Shown here one piece after another: positions 48,647-57,554 of a stretch of DNA of 64,000 nt. The notes under the pieces were generated by a model. The model did not search any database, was not told where the DNA came from, and worked only from the letters and a program-made list of their open reading frames with translations. Position numbers and translations under genes: made by a program. Origin of the DNA: Chloroflexota bacterium (GTDB lineage: Bacteria > Chloroflexota > Dormibacteria > CF-121); assembly GCA_005882775.1 (NCBI GenBank), contig VBDY01000121.1, forward strand, positions 2,440-66,439. Reading direction: 5' to 3'. Positions within the stretch are counted from its first letter, which is position 1, and each line of letters begins with the position of its first letter.

Positions 48647-49663
48647 TCAAACCGGAAAGTCGCTGACAGTCGAGCCCCGCACCACCAGCTCGGGCGTGAA
48701 CACGACTCTTTTAGGGCTGACCTCGCCCTTCTCCACCTGGTCGAGCAGGATGCGGGCAGCCGCCGTGCCGAACTCATGGATTGGCACGTGGACGGTGGTC
48801 AGGCCAGGGATCAGCCGGCTGGCCAGAGGGATGTCGTTGTAGCCCACGATCGCCAGGTCCTGGGGGATGCGCAGGTTCATCCGTCGAGCCACGGCATATG
48901 TGCCGATTGCGGTCATGTCGGTGACCGCGAAGATTGCGGTTGGGGGGTTGTCGAGCGAGAGCAGGCGTTGGGTTGCCAGGGCCCCGCCGTCCTCCGCGTA
49001 ACCTGCCTCCGCCTCGAGCTCTGGGTCCGCGGCCAAGCCCGCGGCGGCAAGCGCGGCCCGGTAACCGCGGCGCCGGAGCATCCCGGTGCTCACCGTCGCC
49101 TGACCCGCAAGGTGACCGATGCGATTGTGGCCGAGCTCGATCAGGTGCCGGGTCGCGAGGTAGGCGCCGGCGACGTCGTCGGAACCGACGAACGGGTCGT
49201 TGCCCTCATCGCTGAAACGATTCACCAGGACATACGGAATCCGCTGGTGCCGAAGCCAGCGCACCGCCGGGTCATTGAGAAAAGTGCTCGCCAGGACCAC
49301 CCCGTCGACGCGTCGCGCATTGAGGCTCTGCAGGTGGGATTGCTGGCGCGCGATGCTGCCGTCGGTGTTGCAGAGCAGAACGTTGTAGCCGTGCGGGGCG
49401 GTTCCGTCCTCGATCCCCCGAAAAAGGCCGGCGAAGAAGGGATTGGTGATGTCAGGGATGACCACGGCCAGGACAAAGGTCTGACGAAGTTTCAAGCCGC
49501 GGGCAACCCCGTTGGGTCGGTATTCAGTCTCCTTCAACAGGGCCTCTATCCGATCGCGCGTCCCGGCGGCTATCCGCAATTTGGGATCCCGATTAGCCAC
49601 TCGCGAGACGGTCGAGGGGTGGACGCTGGCCCGGGCGGCCAGCTCCTTCAGCGTGACCGGCAT
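48647..49663 (-). CDS. LacI-family transcriptional regulator
   Basis: N-terminal HTH VTLKELAARASVHPSTVSRVANRD plus a periplasmic-binding-protein-like core. First gene of the minus-strand operon. Confidence 0.9.
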   Translation of the reverse strand: MPVTLKELAARASVHPSTVSRVANRDPKLRIAAGTRDRIEALLKETEYRPNGVARGLKLRQTFVLAVVIPDITNPFFAGLFRGIEDGTAPHGYNVLLCNTDGSIARQQSHLQSLNARRVDGVVLASTFLNDPAVRWLRHQRIPYVLVNRFSDEGNDPFVGSDDVAGAYLATRHLIELGHNRIGHLAGQATVSTGMLRRRGYRAALAAAGLAADPELEAEAGYAEDGGALATQRLLSLDNPPTAIFAVTDMTAIGTYAVARRMNLRIPQDLAIVGYNDIPLASRLIPGLTTVHVPIHEFGTAAARILLDQVEKGEVSPKRVVFTPELVVRGSTVSDFPV

Positions 49664-49674
49664 GAGGTTTGCAT

Positions 49675-49703
49675 TGACATTCGTTTTGCCGCCACTCTAA
49701 GAT
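49675..49703 (+). promoter_or_regulatory. candidate promoter TTGACA-17-TAAGAT driving the LivK-type operon
   Basis: TTGACA 49675-49680, exact 17-nt spacer, TAAGAT 49698-49703. Confidence 0.5.
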
Positions 49704-49722
49704 AGAGCAATCGTTTGTTCAA
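49694..49722 (-). promoter_or_regulatory. candidate promoter TTGAAC-17-TAGAGT driving lacI and the downstream operon
   Basis: On the minus strand: TTGAAC (49722-49717), 17-nt spacer, TAGAGT (49699-49694). Its -10 overlaps the plus-strand -10. Confidence 0.45.
49705..49720. promoter_or_regulatory. LacI-type operator candidate GAGCAATC|GTTTGTTC (CG-centred, 6 of 8 arm positions symmetric)
   Basis: Imperfect 16-bp palindrome with the AA-n-CG-n-TT core typical of LacI/GalR operators. It sits just downstream of the plus -10 and inside the minus-promoter spacer. Confidence 0.4.
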
Positions 49723-49771
49723 CGCAAGTTACCTGCGGATCGATCATCGGCGCGAGAAAGGAGGAGGGTGC

Positions 49772-50974
49772 ATGCGCAGACCTCTGTTGACGCTGTTCGC
49801 CGCTTTCGGCTTGATCCTGACAGCGTGTGGTAGCTCGAGCTCCCCGACCCAGGCGGGCCCAATCACGATCGGGGTGTCCCTTTCCCTGACCGGCGACTTT
49901 TCCAGCGACGGCAAGGCGTTGCAGCAGGGATATGACCTCTGGGCTGCGGACGTCAACGCCAGGGGCGGCCTGCTGGGTCACCACGTGAATATGAAGTACG
50001 TCGACGACGCCAGCAGCGTCCAGCAGGTCCAGACCAATTACCAGAACCTGATCACGGTCGACAGGGTGAATCTGGTGTTTGGTCCATTCTCCAGCAAGCT
50101 GACCATCCCGGCGTCCACCGTCGTAGATCGCTACAGCTACGCGTTTCCCGAACCGGCAGGCGGCGGACCGGACGTCTTCAAGCGCGGCCTGCGCTCCATC
50201 TTCTTCGTCCAGCCAGCTGCGGTCGAGGACAACCTGGTCAGCTATACGAAGTGGATCCTGTCCCTGAGTCCACGACCGGCGACCGTTGCCTATGCCACGG
50301 AGGATGACCCCTTCACCCAGCCCCAGGTCGACAAGGCCAAAGCCCTGCTGGACGCTGCCGGCGTGACCAGCGTTTATTACAAGACCTACAGCTCAGAGCC
50401 GATCGACTGGACGCCCTATGCCCAGGCGGTCGCCCATTCCCAGGCGGACGTTGTCATCCTCGGAACCCAGCTCCCGGATGCGCTTGCCTTCGTGAAGTAC
50501 TTCATCTCGCATCAGTACAACCCGAAGACGATCATCGAGACCACCGGCCCGGATCAGGGCGCAGATTTCTCGGGCAAGCTGGGCGCTAACACCGAGGGCA
50601 TCATGGTGCCAGCCGGCTGGACGGCCGCCGCCACGGCGTACGGCAACGACACGTTCGTATCCAAATTCATTGCCAAGTTTGGTGGGAAGGCTTCCGACAT
50701 CAGTGCCGATGCTGCCGAAGCCTACAGCGTGGGGCAGGTCGTCGATCAGGCAGCCAGCAAAGCAAACAGCATCGAGAATGCGAAGCTGATCGATGCGCTT
50801 CATAGCGGAACCTACAACACGGTCCAGGGACCGATGTCGTTCGATTCGACGGGCAAACCCCAGGGAGGCGTCGGCGTCTACATCGAACAGTGGCAGGGTG
50901 GCGAGCCAGTCTTCGCCTACCCGTCGTCCGTCGCCAAGAAGCCGCCTGAATACCCCAAGCCTGCATGGCATTAG
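49772..50974 (+). CDS. ABC transporter substrate-binding lipoprotein, Leu/Ile/Val-binding (family 4) type
   Basis: ATG 49772 preceded by GAAAGGAGGAGG. Lipobox LILTACGS. LivK-like length and composition. Confidence 0.85.
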   Translation: MRRPLLTLFAAFGLILTACGSSSSPTQAGPITIGVSLSLTGDFSSDGKALQQGYDLWAADVNARGGLLGHHVNMKYVDDASSVQQVQTNYQNLITVDRVNLVFGPFSSKLTIPASTVVDRYSYAFPEPAGGGPDVFKRGLRSIFFVQPAAVEDNLVSYTKWILSLSPRPATVAYATEDDPFTQPQVDKAKALLDAAGVTSVYYKTYSSEPIDWTPYAQAVAHSQADVVILGTQLPDALAFVKYFISHQYNPKTIIETTGPDQGADFSGKLGANTEGIMVPAGWTAAATAYGNDTFVSKFIAKFGGKASDISADAAEAYSVGQVVDQAASKANSIENAKLIDALHSGTYNTVQGPMSFDSTGKPQGGVGVYIEQWQGGEPVFAYPSSVAKKPPEYPKPAWH

Positions 50975-51047
50975 AGGCGTAGAGAGCGGCGCGGCCACGG
51001 CCGGCCGACGCCGCTCAGTCGGCGTCGTTCGCTTAGAAAGGTGAGGC

Positions 51048-51926
51048 GTGGCTAGCCAACTCCTCCAGGCCGCGGTCCTGGGCGTGCTGACCGGTGGAGT
51101 CTATGCCCTGATGGCGTCGGGTCTGACCCTGATCTTCGGCGTGATGCGGATCATCAACGTGGGCCAGGGCGCCCTGGTCATCCTGGGCGCCTACCTGAGC
51201 TTCGTCCTCTTCAACACCTGGCATATCGATCCGTTCCTTGGGCTGCTTGTGACCATGCCCGCCATGTTCTTAATCGGGGTAGTGCTGGAGTTGGTGTTCA
51301 TCCGTCCGCTCAAGACCGACCGCGAGTCGCTGTCTGTGCTGGTGACCTATGCTCTGGCGCTGGGCATCGAGGGCGTCCTTGGTTTCGTGTTTACGGCGAA
51401 CTATCGGGAGTTGAGCGTCTGGTACGACACGGCCTCTGTCCCGCTCTTCGGGTTTCGAATCACCCTCGTGTACGTCTTCGGCTTTGCCCTCTGCCTGGCC
51501 ATTCTCGGCGCTCTCTTTCTCGTGCTTTATCGGACGACATTCGGGGCCGCGATCCGTGCCACGATGCTCAACCGCACGGCGGCGCAGCTGATCGGGATCG
51601 ACGTGGAGGGCGTCTCGGCGGTGGCCTTTGGGATCGGCATGGCGACGGCCGCGGCGGGCGGCGCCGTCTTCGGGATCACCACCGCCTTCAACCCGAACAG
51701 CCACTACGACCTGATCTCGCGGCTGCTGACCGTGATCGTCCTGGGGGGATTGGGGAGTCTCCGAGGGGCTGTGGTCGCCGCGCTGATCATGCTCGTCACC
51801 CAGGACGTGGCGTCGGTGATCATCGCTCCCGAGTGGTCGGCCTTTGTCTTTTTCGTGATCCTTGTGGCGGTACTCCTGGTGCGCCCACAGGGCCTCTATG
51901 GCGTCCGGGTCCGGGAGCGCATATGA
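51048..51926 (+). CDS. branched-chain amino acid-type ABC permease (LivH-like)
   Basis: 292 aa with 8 TM segments. N-terminus QLLQAAVLGVLTGGVYALMASGLTLIFGVMRIINVGQG is the LivH family signature. Confidence 0.85.
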   Translation: MASQLLQAAVLGVLTGGVYALMASGLTLIFGVMRIINVGQGALVILGAYLSFVLFNTWHIDPFLGLLVTMPAMFLIGVVLELVFIRPLKTDRESLSVLVTYALALGIEGVLGFVFTANYRELSVWYDTASVPLFGFRITLVYVFGFALCLAILGALFLVLYRTTFGAAIRATMLNRTAAQLIGIDVEGVSAVAFGIGMATAAAGGAVFGITTAFNPNSHYDLISRLLTVIVLGGLGSLRGAVVAALIMLVTQDVASVIIAPEWSAFVFFVILVAVLLVRPQGLYGVRVRERI

Positions 51927-52963
51927 ACGCGGCGCGCCGCTTCGCGCCCAGGGTCGCTCTGCTGCTGGTGGCGATAGTTGCGATCCTGCTCCCCGTGCTG
52001 GAGCCGAATCCGGCTAGCATCAACGTCGCCGTCTTCACCATGATGTACGTTGGCCTGGCCAGCGCATGGAACATCATGGGCGGGTACACCGGGTACATCT
52101 CGCTGGGTCATGCGGGCTTTTTCGGATTGGGGGCCTATACGCTGGGCCTGGGCGTCGCCCACCTGGGAATCGGGCCGGGTTATGGGCCGTTCGCACTGGT
52201 GCCCCTGGCGGGCCTGCTGACGGGCCTCTTCGCGCTACCGATCGGCTGGATCGCGCTTCGGACCCGAGCAGCCACCTTCGTCATCGTCACCATCGCCGTG
52301 ATGTTCATGCTGCAGTTGGCCGCAATGAACCTGATCGGCCTGACCGGTGGGACAGGAGGCCTGAGCCTGCCGGTACCGCGTTGGAGCGGCGACTTCTACA
52401 ACACGCCGTTCTATTACGCCATGCTCATCCTGGCCTCGCTGACCATCGCCGTGTCCTGGTGGATCCGCCGCTCCAAGTTTGGGTTGGGACTGCTCGCTAT
52501 TCGCGACGATGAAGACAAGGCCATGGCGGTGGGCGTGCCAACGCGCCAGTTCAAGCTCGCCGCCTTTGTCATCTCGGCAGCCCTGGTCGGCATGATCGGT
52601 GGCGTCTATGCCTACTACGTGACGTACGTATATCCGGAGTTTGTGATCGACCCGTTGACCGGCATCTCGATGGTACTGATGGCCTTTCTGGGAGGCCTGG
52701 GAACACTGACCGGACCCGTTCTTGGAGCTCTCCTGGTTGAGCCCGCCCAGCTGTCACTGGCCTATAACTTTGGGGCGAGCCGTCTCTACCTCGTGTTCTA
52801 CTCGGGAGTATTCCTGGTCGTCATCCTGCTACTGCCGCGCGGCATCGTGCCTTCGGTACGGGACCTGACCATTGGCTGGTGGACGCGAGGCGGCCCCGGC
52901 CGCGCGGCCGGTCCCAGCCCGGGGCCATCGACCCCAGCCCCGGGCAACGTGGTGGCGCCATGA
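51923..52963 (+). CDS. branched-chain amino acid-type ABC permease (LivM-like)
   Basis: ATGA overlap with the LivH-like stop. GYTGYISLGHAGFFGLGAY motif. Confidence 0.85.
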   Translation: MNAARRFAPRVALLLVAIVAILLPVLEPNPASINVAVFTMMYVGLASAWNIMGGYTGYISLGHAGFFGLGAYTLGLGVAHLGIGPGYGPFALVPLAGLLTGLFALPIGWIALRTRAATFVIVTIAVMFMLQLAAMNLIGLTGGTGGLSLPVPRWSGDFYNTPFYYAMLILASLTIAVSWWIRRSKFGLGLLAIRDDEDKAMAVGVPTRQFKLAAFVISAALVGMIGGVYAYYVTYVYPEFVIDPLTGISMVLMAFLGGLGTLTGPVLGALLVEPAQLSLAYNFGASRLYLVFYSGVFLVVILLLPRGIVPSVRDLTIGWWTRGGPGRAAGPSPGPSTPAPGNVVAP

Positions 52964-53691
52964 GCCTGCTCGAGGTCGAGAGGCTCTCCAAGCGATTTGG
53001 TGGCGTAGTGGCCGTGGACGATTGCTCACTCTCCATCCCCAAGGGCAGCATCATCGGGCTGATCGGGCCGAACGGCTCGGGCAAGACGACAGTGTTCAAC
53101 CTGATCACCGGCTTCATTCCGCGTGACGCCGGGGATATGCGATTCAAATCGCGGTCGATCGCAGGTCTTGGACCCGACCGGATCTACGGCTTGGGTATCG
53201 GCCGGACCTTCCAGCTGGCCCGCATCTTTCCCCGGCTGACGGCCCTCGAGAACATGCTCGTGCCGGTGCGTCGTGCCGGCATGGGTGGTCTTCTCGCTCG
53301 CGCCCAGTGGGGACACGAGAAAACCCGCGCCATGGCGATGCTCGAGTTCATGGACATCGGGTCGGTGGCCAGCATGCTTGGTGGGGCTCTCTCTTACGGC
53401 CAGCGCAAGCTGCTCGAGCTGGCGGCGGTGATGATGGCGGAGCCTGAGCTGGTCCTGCTGGACGAGCCGGCCGGCGGGGTTAACCCGGCGCTACTGGAGC
53501 GGATCGCGGACCACATCCGGCGCCTGAACGCGGGCGGGGTCACCTTTTTAGTGGTGGAGCACAACATGGGATTCGTGATGAACCTGTGCACGGAGCTGGT
53601 CGTGCTCGCCCAGGGGCGCGTCATCGCCGGTGGAAAACCCGAAGACGTGCGAGCCAACCCCGTGGTCCTGGACGCATACCTGGGCGCCTGA
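52960..53691 (+). CDS. ABC transporter ATP-binding protein (LivG-like)
   Basis: ATGA overlap. SKRFGGVVAVDD, Walker A GPNGSGKTT, LSYGQRKLLELA, LLDEPAGG. Confidence 0.9.
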   Translation: MSLLEVERLSKRFGGVVAVDDCSLSIPKGSIIGLIGPNGSGKTTVFNLITGFIPRDAGDMRFKSRSIAGLGPDRIYGLGIGRTFQLARIFPRLTALENMLVPVRRAGMGGLLARAQWGHEKTRAMAMLEFMDIGSVASMLGGALSYGQRKLLELAAVMMAEPELVLLDEPAGGVNPALLERIADHIRRLNAGGVTFLVVEHNMGFVMNLCTELVVLAQGRVIAGGKPEDVRANPVVLDAYLGA

Positions 53692-53692
53692 G

Positions 53693-54412
53693 ATGGGGGC
53701 CATGCTCGAGCTCGAGGGTGTGACGGCCGGATACGGAGGAGGAGACATCCTTCGTGGGCTTGACCTGACCGTCGAGGAGGGGGCTGTGACCTGCATCGTC
53801 GGCCCGAACGGCGCCGGGAAGTCCACCATCCTGCGCGTGATCAGCGGCTTGCTACGTCCGCGGCTCGGCTCTGTACGATTGCGGGGAGCCTCGATCGCCG
53901 GGTTGAGCCCACGCACGATTCTTGGGCGTGGCGTCGTGCAGGTGCCCCAGGAGCGCAGTCTGTTCCCCACCATGACCGTGTGGGAGAACGTTCGGATGGG
54001 GGCCTACACTGTGCGCGACCGCCGTCTGGTTGAGCGCCGAATGGAAGCCGTCTGCCAGACCTTTCCGCTCGTCGCGGAGCGCCGTCACGAGCGGGCCGCG
54101 TCCCTCTCCGGCGGGCAGCAGAAGATCATCGAGTTCGCCCGGGCGCTGATGCTCGATCCGGCGTTGGTGATCCTCGACGAACCCTCCATGGGGTTGGACC
54201 CGAAGACGCGGGCCACGGTCTTCGACACCATCCGCGCCATGAACCAGGCTGGGCGAACCGTCCTCCTGGTCGAGCAAAATGCGCGTTCCGGGCTGCGGCT
54301 GGCGACGCACGGCGTCGTGCTGGAGAGCGGACGCGTCCGCCTGGAGGGCACGGGCACGGCGGTCCTGAACAACCCGGAGATTGGCAGGCTCTACCTGGGG
54401 GCCACCGCATGA
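53693..54412 (+). CDS. ABC transporter ATP-binding protein (LivF-like)
   Basis: Walker A GPNGAGKST, LSGGQQKIIEFARAL, ILDEPSMGL. ATG is 1 nt after the LivG-like stop. Confidence 0.9.
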   Translation: MGAMLELEGVTAGYGGGDILRGLDLTVEEGAVTCIVGPNGAGKSTILRVISGLLRPRLGSVRLRGASIAGLSPRTILGRGVVQVPQERSLFPTMTVWENVRMGAYTVRDRRLVERRMEAVCQTFPLVAERRHERAASLSGGQQKIIEFARALMLDPALVILDEPSMGLDPKTRATVFDTIRAMNQAGRTVLLVEQNARSGLRLATHGVVLESGRVRLEGTGTAVLNNPEIGRLYLGATA

Positions 54413-56001
54413 ACTCTTACGACATCGTTGTCGCCGGGGCTGGACACAACAGCCTCCTCACCGCGGCCTATGCTGCCCGGGCTGGCTTCAAGGTGCTCGT
54501 GCTCGAGGGCGCCCCCAGGATCGGGGGCGATACGAGCTCGGAGGAGCTGACCCTGCCGGGCTTTATCCATGATCCCTGCGCGACCGCGCACAACCTGATT
54601 CAAAGCAACCCGCTGATGCGTGACAACGAGCTCCGGCTCGACCGGTACGGGCTCACGTACCTGTACCCGGACCCGGTCTTCACCATGCCGTTCCTCGACG
54701 GCCGCAGCCTGACCATGTGGCGAGACCTCGACCGCACCTGCGACGAACTCGCCCGCTTCTCCGCTGCGGACGCCAGCGCGTACCGGCAGCTGCTCGCGGA
54801 TTGGCAGCTGATGGCCCCGGTCGTGAACGATGAACGGGAAAACCCGCCTCGGCCCCCGGCCGAGGTTGAGGCCAGGACCAGGGCCAGTGCGCTGGGAGAG
54901 AAGATGCTGGATCTCCGACGGCGGAGCGCCCTCGACATCATCATCGAGCGGTTCGAGGAGCCGCACGCGCGGGCTTTCTTTGCCTGGATTGCCTTCATGA
55001 CTCTCCATCCCATCGACGAGCCGGAGTCCGGATTGCTCGCCTTCTCCCTTGTGGCCGGGCGCCAACGCTTCAGCTGGATCCTGCCCAGGGGTGGATCGAG
55101 CCAGTTGCCGGACGCGCTTGCCCGGATCATCGAGGAGAACGGCGGGACCATCCTGACATCCAGGTGGGTGAGCCGGATCATCGTCGAAGGCGGCCGGGCG
55201 ACGGGGGTTATGACCGCAGACGGTTCGATCTACTCCGCCCGGAGGGCGGTCGTCTCAGCCATCCACATCACCGACCTTCCAGGCATTGTCGGCGAAGAGA
55301 ACCTGACTACGGAATACCGCGAAGGCGTGGCCCGCTGGCAACCGAGCCTGACCATGTTCGTCAGCCACTATGCGCTGAGCGAGGCGCCTCGATTCCGGAC
55401 CGAGTCCGGGCCGACAGAAAGCGTCACCATGGGCGGGCTCGAATCGCTCGAATCGCTGTCGAATATGCTCCGCGCCTTCCGGCTGGGCCAGCTCGACCTC
55501 CGGGAACCGGTCTTCCTGGCGATCACCCCGACCGTGATCGACCCCACCCGCGCCCCCGCCGGGCATCACACCTTCAAGGTGATCAGCTTCCTTCCCTATT
55601 CGCTGGCGGAAGGACCGGAGCGCTGGGATCGTACCAAGGCGGATATCTCTGCGCTCCTATTTGAACGCCTGGCCCGGCTTTCGACAAACCTGTCACCGCG
55701 AATCGTGCTGGCCCAGCACGTCGACAGTCCACTGGACCTCGAGCGCCGCAACCCCGCCAACTGGCGTGGGTCATGCCATGGCGGGGCGAGCTCGCCGGGA
55801 CAGAGTGGTTACCACCGCCCGGTGGAGGGTTGGTCGTCGTACCGGACACCGGTCAACGGGCTCTATCAGACGGGTGCCTGCACCCACCCGGGCGGGTCGG
55901 TCTCGGGGCTGCCCGGCCGCAACTGTGCCCGCATCCTGCTTGGCGACCTGGGCTCGAGCCTGGCTGTGGCCATCGGCGCCGGAGCCTCGGTGCCGGAATG
56001 A
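54409..56001 (+). CDS. FAD-dependent oxidoreductase of the phytoene desaturase/amine oxidase (CrtI-like) superfamily
   Basis: N-terminal dinucleotide fold YDIVVAGAGHNSLLTAAYAARAGFKVLVLE. 530 aa. ATGA overlap with the LivF-like stop. Confidence 0.8.
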   Translation: MNSYDIVVAGAGHNSLLTAAYAARAGFKVLVLEGAPRIGGDTSSEELTLPGFIHDPCATAHNLIQSNPLMRDNELRLDRYGLTYLYPDPVFTMPFLDGRSLTMWRDLDRTCDELARFSAADASAYRQLLADWQLMAPVVNDERENPPRPPAEVEARTRASALGEKMLDLRRRSALDIIIERFEEPHARAFFAWIAFMTLHPIDEPESGLLAFSLVAGRQRFSWILPRGGSSQLPDALARIIEENGGTILTSRWVSRIIVEGGRATGVMTADGSIYSARRAVVSAIHITDLPGIVGEENLTTEYREGVARWQPSLTMFVSHYALSEAPRFRTESGPTESVTMGGLESLESLSNMLRAFRLGQLDLREPVFLAITPTVIDPTRAPAGHHTFKVISFLPYSLAEGPERWDRTKADISALLFERLARLSTNLSPRIVLAQHVDSPLDLERRNPANWRGSCHGGASSPGQSGYHRPVEGWSSYRTPVNGLYQTGACTHPGGSVSGLPGRNCARILLGDLGSSLAVAIGAGASVPE

Positions 56002-57077
56002 GCGCGATGGAAACCACCAACCGAGTGCAGGTTGCGGCCCACCACTGGCGGCCGCGCTTTACCGCCAACGGCATCGATGTCAATGACTTCGATGACACGG
56101 TCTTAAGGACGACCGACTGGAAGGACTGGGGTCCCAACTGGAGGGCGGTCGGCGACATGCACGAAACCCTGGGCCGGGAGGCGGAGGCGCGGGGACGGAC
56201 GCTTTCGGCAGCCCAGGCGTACCAGCGAGCCTCCTGGTCCTATCACCTGGGCAAGTTCCTCTGGTTCGAAGACGTCGCCGTGCACGGCGAGCTTCGTGAC
56301 CGCTCGGTTTGGGTGTACCGCCAGGCCCTGCCCCGGCTTGATCCGCCGGGGGAGCGGCTCGAGATTCCTTTCGAGGGCCACGTCATCCCCGCCAACCTGC
56401 GCCGGCCGCAAGGGCAGGGGCGGCCGCCGCTGGTGCTGCTGGTGCCCGGTCTCGATTCCTCGAAAGAGGAGCTCTTCGCAATCGAAAATGAATTCCTCCA
56501 TCGCGGCATGGCGACCCTGACCATGGACGGTCCGGGTCAATCGGAGAACTCGGTCCACTTCGCCATCCGTCCGGACTGGGAAACGGTGATCACGCCCGTT
56601 ATCGATCACCTCGCTCGCCAGGACCTCAAGATCGACCTCGGCCGCGTCGGGCTGATGGGAATAAGCATGGGGGCGATCTACGGCCCCCGGGCCGCGGCCC
56701 ACGAGAAAAGGGTTCGCGCTGTGGTCGGCCTGGCAGGTCCGTACAACCTGGGCGAGTGCTGGGAGGCTCTCAATCCGCTGACGCGCGGCGGATACATCTT
56801 CTATACGAAGTCGGCAAATGAGGCGGAAGCCCGGCGCAAGGCGGACACCCTGAACCTGGAGGGAGTACTCCACCGAATGATGCAGCCGCTCCTGGTCATT
56901 CACGGGGCGCGCGACCGGTTATTCCCGCCCGCGCAGGCGGAGCGGATCGCGAGGGAAGCGCCGCACGCCACGCTGGTGATGTATCCGGACGGCAACCACG
57001 TCTGCAACAACATTCCGTACAAATACCGACCGCTGATGGCCGACTGGTTGCATGAGCAGCTCACCAAACTCTCATAG
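55998..57077 (+). CDS. alpha/beta hydrolase with N-terminal helical domain (FrsA / 2,6-dihydropseudooxynicotine-hydrolase-like subgroup, tentative)
   Basis: ATGA overlap with the flavoprotein stop. Nucleophile elbow GISMGA. PPLVLLVPGLDSSKEE block. The subgroup assignment is from memory of family architecture and is not verified. Confidence 0.7.
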   Translation: MSAMETTNRVQVAAHHWRPRFTANGIDVNDFDDTVLRTTDWKDWGPNWRAVGDMHETLGREAEARGRTLSAAQAYQRASWSYHLGKFLWFEDVAVHGELRDRSVWVYRQALPRLDPPGERLEIPFEGHVIPANLRRPQGQGRPPLVLLVPGLDSSKEELFAIENEFLHRGMATLTMDGPGQSENSVHFAIRPDWETVITPVIDHLARQDLKIDLGRVGLMGISMGAIYGPRAAAHEKRVRAVVGLAGPYNLGECWEALNPLTRGGYIFYTKSANEAEARRKADTLNLEGVLHRMMQPLLVIHGARDRLFPPAQAERIAREAPHATLVMYPDGNHVCNNIPYKYRPLMADWLHEQLTKLS

Positions 57078-57152
57078 CAACGTCACACCCTGCTCGCGAA
57101 GCGTCACCGCTCCTGACACGAATCGCCTAAGCTGCCGCCCCTGTATGGTGGT

Positions 57153-57548
57153 TTGCGCTACAGGGGACTATGGTGGAGCTGGGTGAGGTGGTTTCACTTC
57201 TGGCTTGGCGCGCTGGAGCAGCTCCTGGTCGCGTCGCTGGAGCTGCCCGCGGAACCGGGCGAGCGCCATTTCTGGAGCAAGCTGGCACGGCTCCAGTTGA
57301 TGTATTCGCTGGCCGGGCTGGTGCTTGGCTTCAGCTGCATCATGGGCGGCGTGGTGTTGTTCTTTCATGGGGTGACGGGGACCAGCAGCTGGGTCGGCCG
57401 TTTTCTCGGGCTGGAGAGCAGCCTGTCGGATGCGGCCCCCGGCACAGTGCTCTTCGTGGTGGGGCTGCTGGTGGTCTGGATGACCCGCTTCCAGATCAGG
57501 GTGGCGGCCAATCGGATGCGACCGAGGAAACCGAGGAAGGCGGCCTGA
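57153..57548 (+). CDS. hypothetical small membrane protein (start uncertain)
   Basis: Two clear TM segments in the C-terminal 80 aa. The annotated TTG start lies in the loop of the inverted repeat CCCCTGTA/TACAGGGG (57138-57166), so ATG 57300 is an alternative start. Confidence 0.35.
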   Translation: MRYRGLWWSWVRWFHFWLGALEQLLVASLELPAEPGERHFWSKLARLQLMYSLAGLVLGFSCIMGGVVLFFHGVTGTSSWVGRFLGLESSLSDAAPGTVLFVVGLLVVWMTRFQIRVAANRMRPRKPRKAA

Positions 57549-57554
57549 CCGCGG

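Noticed and set aside
57138-57166. Inverted repeat CCCCTGTA-N13-TACAGGGG after the hydrolase operon, considered as a terminator
   Set aside because: It has no U-tract and a large loop, and it overlaps the possible start of the next ORF. I only used it to lower confidence in that ORF's TTG start.
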